Shown here piece after piece: positions 48,896 through 52,019 of a stretch of DNA of 52,019 nucleotides. Source of the DNA: a virus (taxonomy: Duplodnaviria > Heunggongvirae > Uroviricota > Caudoviricetes). The notes below the pieces were generated by a model. The model had not been told where the DNA came from. It made no database searches and was given only the letters and a program-made list of their open reading frames with translations. Numbering within the stretch: the stretch's first letter is position 1; every line of letters starts with the position of its first letter. The stretch covers positions 98,232-150,250 of IMG/VR virus record IMGVR_UViG_3300035655_000051; one strand, written 5' to 3'. A program made the position numbers and the translations under genes.

Positions 48896-48915
48896 ACAAA
48901 CTAAAAAGTATATGT

Positions 48916-49013
48916 AAAAACAGAAAGAGCCCCGGGCTGTTACACCCAGAGCTCTCCCGCCACACACCTATACAAAGATAGGACGTCACAAATTCGCTCG
49001 ATGAATTTTTGAC
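48916..49013 (-). ncRNA. Putative ~100-nt small RNA
   Basis: Bounded by a near-consensus promoter and a terminator hairpin GAGAGCTCTGGG/CCCGGGGCTCTTT plus T-run; 5' hairpin; no RBS-led ORF. Confidence 0.6.
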
Positions 49014-49019
49014 ATACCT

Positions 49020-49048
49020 ATTTTATCATAGTGTGAAATTTTTGTCAA
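49020..49048 (-). promoter_or_regulatory. Sigma70 promoter for the sRNA
   Basis: Minus strand TTGACA-17 nt-TAAAAT with an extended TG. Confidence 0.75.
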
Positions 49049-49068
49049 TACAGAATCGAGGTGATGAA

Positions 49069-49575
49069 ATGATTGGTTTGTTAACTGCCGCACCAACTCA
49101 TGCTCCGGGTGTTATCAGCTTTACAATAGAACAGCTTTGGCAAATGATTCTAAGTATTGCTGGTGGTATTACGGCTATTTCAGCTGCTGTTGTCGTTATT
49201 GTAAATGCAATCAAGAAGGCAAAAGAGCCAGACACGAAACAGAACCTGAAGTTGATTGAACACGACAAGCATTTGGAAGATATCGACCGCAAGCTCAAGA
49301 ATGATAAAGAGGTTTTGGATTTATATCGCTCCAAGCTTTTGTCTATTGAAGAGCACCAGAAGGAACAGGACATCGTAGTTGAAGACCATGGACGAAAAAT
49401 CGCTGGCGTGGAACAGCGTGTAAATAAGAGTGAACATGGTATCAATGTTATGATGAAAGCTCTGCTGGCTCTGCTTAGTCACGGTATTGATGGTAATGCT
49501 ATCGATCCTATGAAGGAAGCCAAGGCTGCTCTTGAAAGCTACCTGATCGACGGACAAAATTTAAAAGACATTTAA
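49069..49575 (+). CDS. Lysis-module membrane protein (one TM helix plus coiled coil; holin-associated)
   Basis: ATG at 49069 after GAGGTG; N-terminal TM helix; upstream of the holin. Confidence 0.6.
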   Translation: MIGLLTAAPTHAPGVISFTIEQLWQMILSIAGGITAISAAVVVIVNAIKKAKEPDTKQNLKLIEHDKHLEDIDRKLKNDKEVLDLYRSKLLSIEEHQKEQDIVVEDHGRKIAGVEQRVNKSEHGINVMMKALLALLSHGIDGNAIDPMKEAKAALESYLIDGQNLKDI

Positions 49576-49580
49576 TACAT

Positions 49581-49613
49581 AGCTCGGCACACGTGTGCCG
49601 AGCTTTATTTTTT
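49581..49613 (+). terminator. Intrinsic terminator
   Basis: AGCTCGGCAC-ac-GTGTGCCGAGCT followed by TTATTTTTT. Confidence 0.7.
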
Positions 49614-49635
49614 ATTCAAAACAGGAGGTATTACT

Positions 49636-49956
49636 ATGGCAAGTATTGTTAATGAGATCGTCTCTGTTATTGTGAAGCTGGTTATCACTGTTGCTGGCAC
49701 TGCATTTATGACCTATGGCATCCCCTACTTGAAGCAGATCGGCATGTACAAGATCGTCCAGATGGCTGTGCGTGCCGCTGAGAAGTTGGGCGTTACCGGC
49801 GCAATCAAGAAGGCCGACAAGAAGAAGTATGTTATTGCCGCATTGGAGAAGATGAATATCAAGATTACTCCTACTATCGAGATGATGATTGAGGCTGCAG
49901 TCAAGGAGATGGATATCCAAAACGAGAAGATCAATGCAGAACTCAAGAAGGATTGA
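49636..49956 (+). CDS. Holin (LL-H-like)
   Basis: N-terminal TM helix, AVRAAEKL...KKKYV...IEAAVKEM pattern, directly before the endolysin. Confidence 0.8.
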   Translation: MASIVNEIVSVIVKLVITVAGTAFMTYGIPYLKQIGMYKIVQMAVRAAEKLGVTGAIKKADKKKYVIAALEKMNIKITPTIEMMIEAAVKEMDIQNEKINAELKKD

Positions 49957-49968
49957 AGGTGTGGCTCT

Positions 49969-50616
49969 ATGAGCATTATTACATATTCTATGAAGAAGGA
50001 CTGGAACAAGAAGCTGTCCAAGAACTTCTGCGCCTATGAATTTGCTTGCAATGACCGGAGCGATGAGTTCAAGGTGGCAACTGAGCTGGTAGAGACTCTG
50101 CAGCAGATTCGTGATCACTTTGGAAAGCCGGTTCTAATCAGCTCTGCCTACCGTACTCCTGCATATAACATTTCAATCGGTGGCAGTTCTCGTAGTCAGC
50201 ATTGTCTGGGCACAGCAGCGGATATTCACATCAATGGTGTTGACCCAATTCGTATTGCACTGTACGTAGCCTCCCTCCCCTACTTCCAGAAGCATGGCGG
50301 TATTGGCTATTATAGTCGAGCACAAGTGACTGGCGGCTTTGTTCATGTTGATGTGCGTGAGACTCATAGCCGTTGGATCAGTAAAAGTGGTACTGCATAT
50401 CAGGTCGTGAGTAAAATCATGCCCACGATTCGTCAGGGTTCTAAGGACTGCACTGGCGGCGTGTCTTATGCTGTTACCGTGTTACAGCGGCATTTAGGCT
50501 TAAAGGTAGATGGCATCTTTGGTGCTGGTACAAAAGCTAAGCTGGTAGAATGGCAGAAAGCACATGGATTGGCTGCTGACGGCATCTGCGGAATGGCAAC
50601 ATGGAGTTCGTTTTGA
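49969..50616 (+). CDS. Endolysin: peptidase M15 domain plus peptidoglycan-binding domain
   Basis: SAYR, SQHCLGTAADI and FVHVDVR zinc peptidase motifs; DGIFGAGT...GLAADGICG..TW PG-binding motif. Confidence 0.9.
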   Translation: MSIITYSMKKDWNKKLSKNFCAYEFACNDRSDEFKVATELVETLQQIRDHFGKPVLISSAYRTPAYNISIGGSSRSQHCLGTAADIHINGVDPIRIALYVASLPYFQKHGGIGYYSRAQVTGGFVHVDVRETHSRWISKSGTAYQVVSKIMPTIRQGSKDCTGGVSYAVTVLQRHLGLKVDGIFGAGTKAKLVEWQKAHGLAADGICGMATWSSF

Positions 50617-50870
50617 TGGCAGACAACCAGAATACATTTCGTGCAGGAGACAAAATTAAATTAGATGGAGTATTATTTTCAAACAGCCAGACTCACTGCG
50701 GTATGCGCCGCCGGGGAGAATGGTTTATCTATGATGGAAAACTAGTCAATGGTCGTTATCGGGTGACGAATCTTGAAAGCCGCATTGGCAAGTATCCAAT
50801 TTCAGTAAATGTATCGGGTTATGTTGAACCGAGCGATATTGAACTAGTTGACAACAGGAATGAACGTTGA
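50616..50870 (+). CDS. Small SH3-like cell-wall-binding-type protein
   Basis: TGATG coupling to the endolysin; GDKIKL...IYDG...NGRYRVTN...VSGYV pattern resembles lysin C-terminal domains. Confidence 0.55.
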   Translation: MADNQNTFRAGDKIKLDGVLFSNSQTHCGMRRRGEWFIYDGKLVNGRYRVTNLESRIGKYPISVNVSGYVEPSDIELVDNRNER

Positions 50871-50876
50871 TATTAT
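50848..50876 (+). promoter_or_regulatory. Sigma70 promoter for aroD
   Basis: TTGACA-17 nt-TATTAT with an extended TG. Confidence 0.75.
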
Positions 50877-50896
50877 TATTCCAAGGAGGAGATATC

Positions 50897-51649
50897 ATGT
50901 CTATTGTTGTTCGTGGCTGTCATATTGGGGAAGGTAGACCTAAAGTCACAATCCCAATCGTTGAAACAACTGAAGCAAAAATTTTAGAACGCGCATTTGA
51001 GTTTTCAAGGCTTCGTATTGACTGCGTGGAGTGGCGTGTTGATTGGTTTGAACAATGCATGGATGCACATTCTGTGGTATCTTGCCTGCAAAAACTTCGT
51101 GTGGCATTGAAAGACAAGCTCTTGCTTGTGACATTTCGTACCAAGGCAGAGGGCGGAGAAGTGTCTTTGACCCACAAAGAATATTTAGATTTCATCAACA
51201 CGGTAATAGATACTGACTGTGCAGACCTTATCGACATTGAATTCTTTACAGCTGGAGATGGTGTTCGTGAACTGGTAGACAATGCACATTCTTCTGGAGT
51301 TGTGGTTATATGTTCAAGCCATGATTTTCAAAAGACGCCTAATAAAAATGAACTCATTTCTCGTATGGTTAAAATGCAACAGGTCGGAGCTGATTTACCG
51401 AAAGTAGCAGTTATGCCGCACGACAGCACGGATGTATTGACTTTACTGGCCGCTACGGTTGAAATGAAAAATAAATATTTTGCTACTCCTATTATCACAA
51501 TCAGCATGAGTAAGCTTGGTGTTGCCAGTAGGTTATGTGGGGAGGTCTTTGGCTCTGCCATGACTTTTGCCAGCGCTGGAGACTCAAGTGCTCCCGGACA
51601 GATTGGACTGGATGTTGTCAACGCCGTGTTAGACTCAATAGCAGAATAA
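50897..51649 (+). CDS. aroD: Type I 3-dehydroquinate dehydratase
   Basis: VEWRVD, TFRT..EGG, SSHDF (catalytic His), ADLPKVAVMP (Schiff-base Lys), SRL, SAPGQI; ATG at 50897 after AAGGAGG. Confidence 0.95.
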   Translation: MSIVVRGCHIGEGRPKVTIPIVETTEAKILERAFEFSRLRIDCVEWRVDWFEQCMDAHSVVSCLQKLRVALKDKLLLVTFRTKAEGGEVSLTHKEYLDFINTVIDTDCADLIDIEFFTAGDGVRELVDNAHSSGVVVICSSHDFQKTPNKNELISRMVKMQQVGADLPKVAVMPHDSTDVLTLLAATVEMKNKYFATPIITISMSKLGVASRLCGEVFGSAMTFASAGDSSAPGQIGLDVVNAVLDSIAE

Positions 51650-51654
51650 AAACA

Positions 51655-51697
51655 GATGGGGTATTGATCCTTAATTGGACCAGTACCCCATTTTTTA
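51655..51697 (+). terminator. Terminator after aroD
   Basis: ATGGGGTATTG...CAGTACCCCAT followed by a T-run. Confidence 0.75.
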
Positions 51698-51880
51698 GCG
51701 TTTTATTTTTATAACAAAAAGGCGCTGGAGAGTGTCCAGACGCCTTGGTTCATATTGTTTCAAATGCGATTTTCAATTTTATACATCGTTTGTGGGAGCA
51801 ACGATTGTCACATCAAAGCTCTTTGGTTTAAGACTCAAAATCGGATTTGACGATTATACTTTATAGCTCGGTTTCAGAAT

Positions 51881-52019
51881 TGGTGTAGTAGTGGTGTAGT
51901 AAGTGCGATTTCAGCAATTTTATTTACGAATTAACGTTATTATTTTAAAAATCAAGGGGTTTTGCAATTTTTCTTTGTTAAGAATTTATGACGCCCAAAA
52001 ATCGCACCCTACTACGCAA
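51881..52019. repeat. Direct plus inverted repeats, candidate attachment-site region
   Basis: TGGTGTAGTA twice (51881-51890, 51892-51901); GTGTAGTAAGTGCGATTT is mirrored imperfectly by AAATCGCACCCTACTACGC (51999-52017) around an AT-rich core. Confidence 0.4.

Noticed and set aside
1..52019. CRISPR arrays, tRNA or rRNA genes
   Set aside because: No regularly spaced repeat-spacer array or cloverleaf-compatible sequence noticed by eye; tRNAscan was not run.

Overview
The window is the complete late (virion and lysis) module of a large tailed phage or prophage of a Firmicute, almost all on the + strand. Codon use suggests a gut Clostridia host, which is an inference. Gene order: terminase large subunit (truncated at the left edge), portal, protease/scaffold, head decoration, major capsid, head-tail connectors, major tail protein, RuvC-like resolvase, tape measure, distal tail/hub proteins, a 2266-aa adhesin-like protein, chained tail fibres, holins, an M15 endolysin, an independently promoted aroD, and an att-like inverted repeat at the right edge. 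The main result is that three 'separate' ORFs (12240-18392, 18637-19344, 21951-28133) read as three exons of one ~4276-aa tape measure gene split by two group I introns. Intron 1 (18369-18639, 271 nt) is compact. Intron 2 (19204-21995, 2792 nt) has an intact-looking core and a perfect 7-bp P10 match to its distant 3' exon. It carries five cargo genes on both strands with their own sigma70 promoters and a terminator, and no recognisable homing endonuclease or transposase. Other unannotated items: a likely type I toxin locus, a ~100-nt sRNA before the lysis genes, and a ~190-aa domain shared between the tape measure and the tail hub protein. All calls come from reading the sequence by eye; no database search or RNA folding was run.
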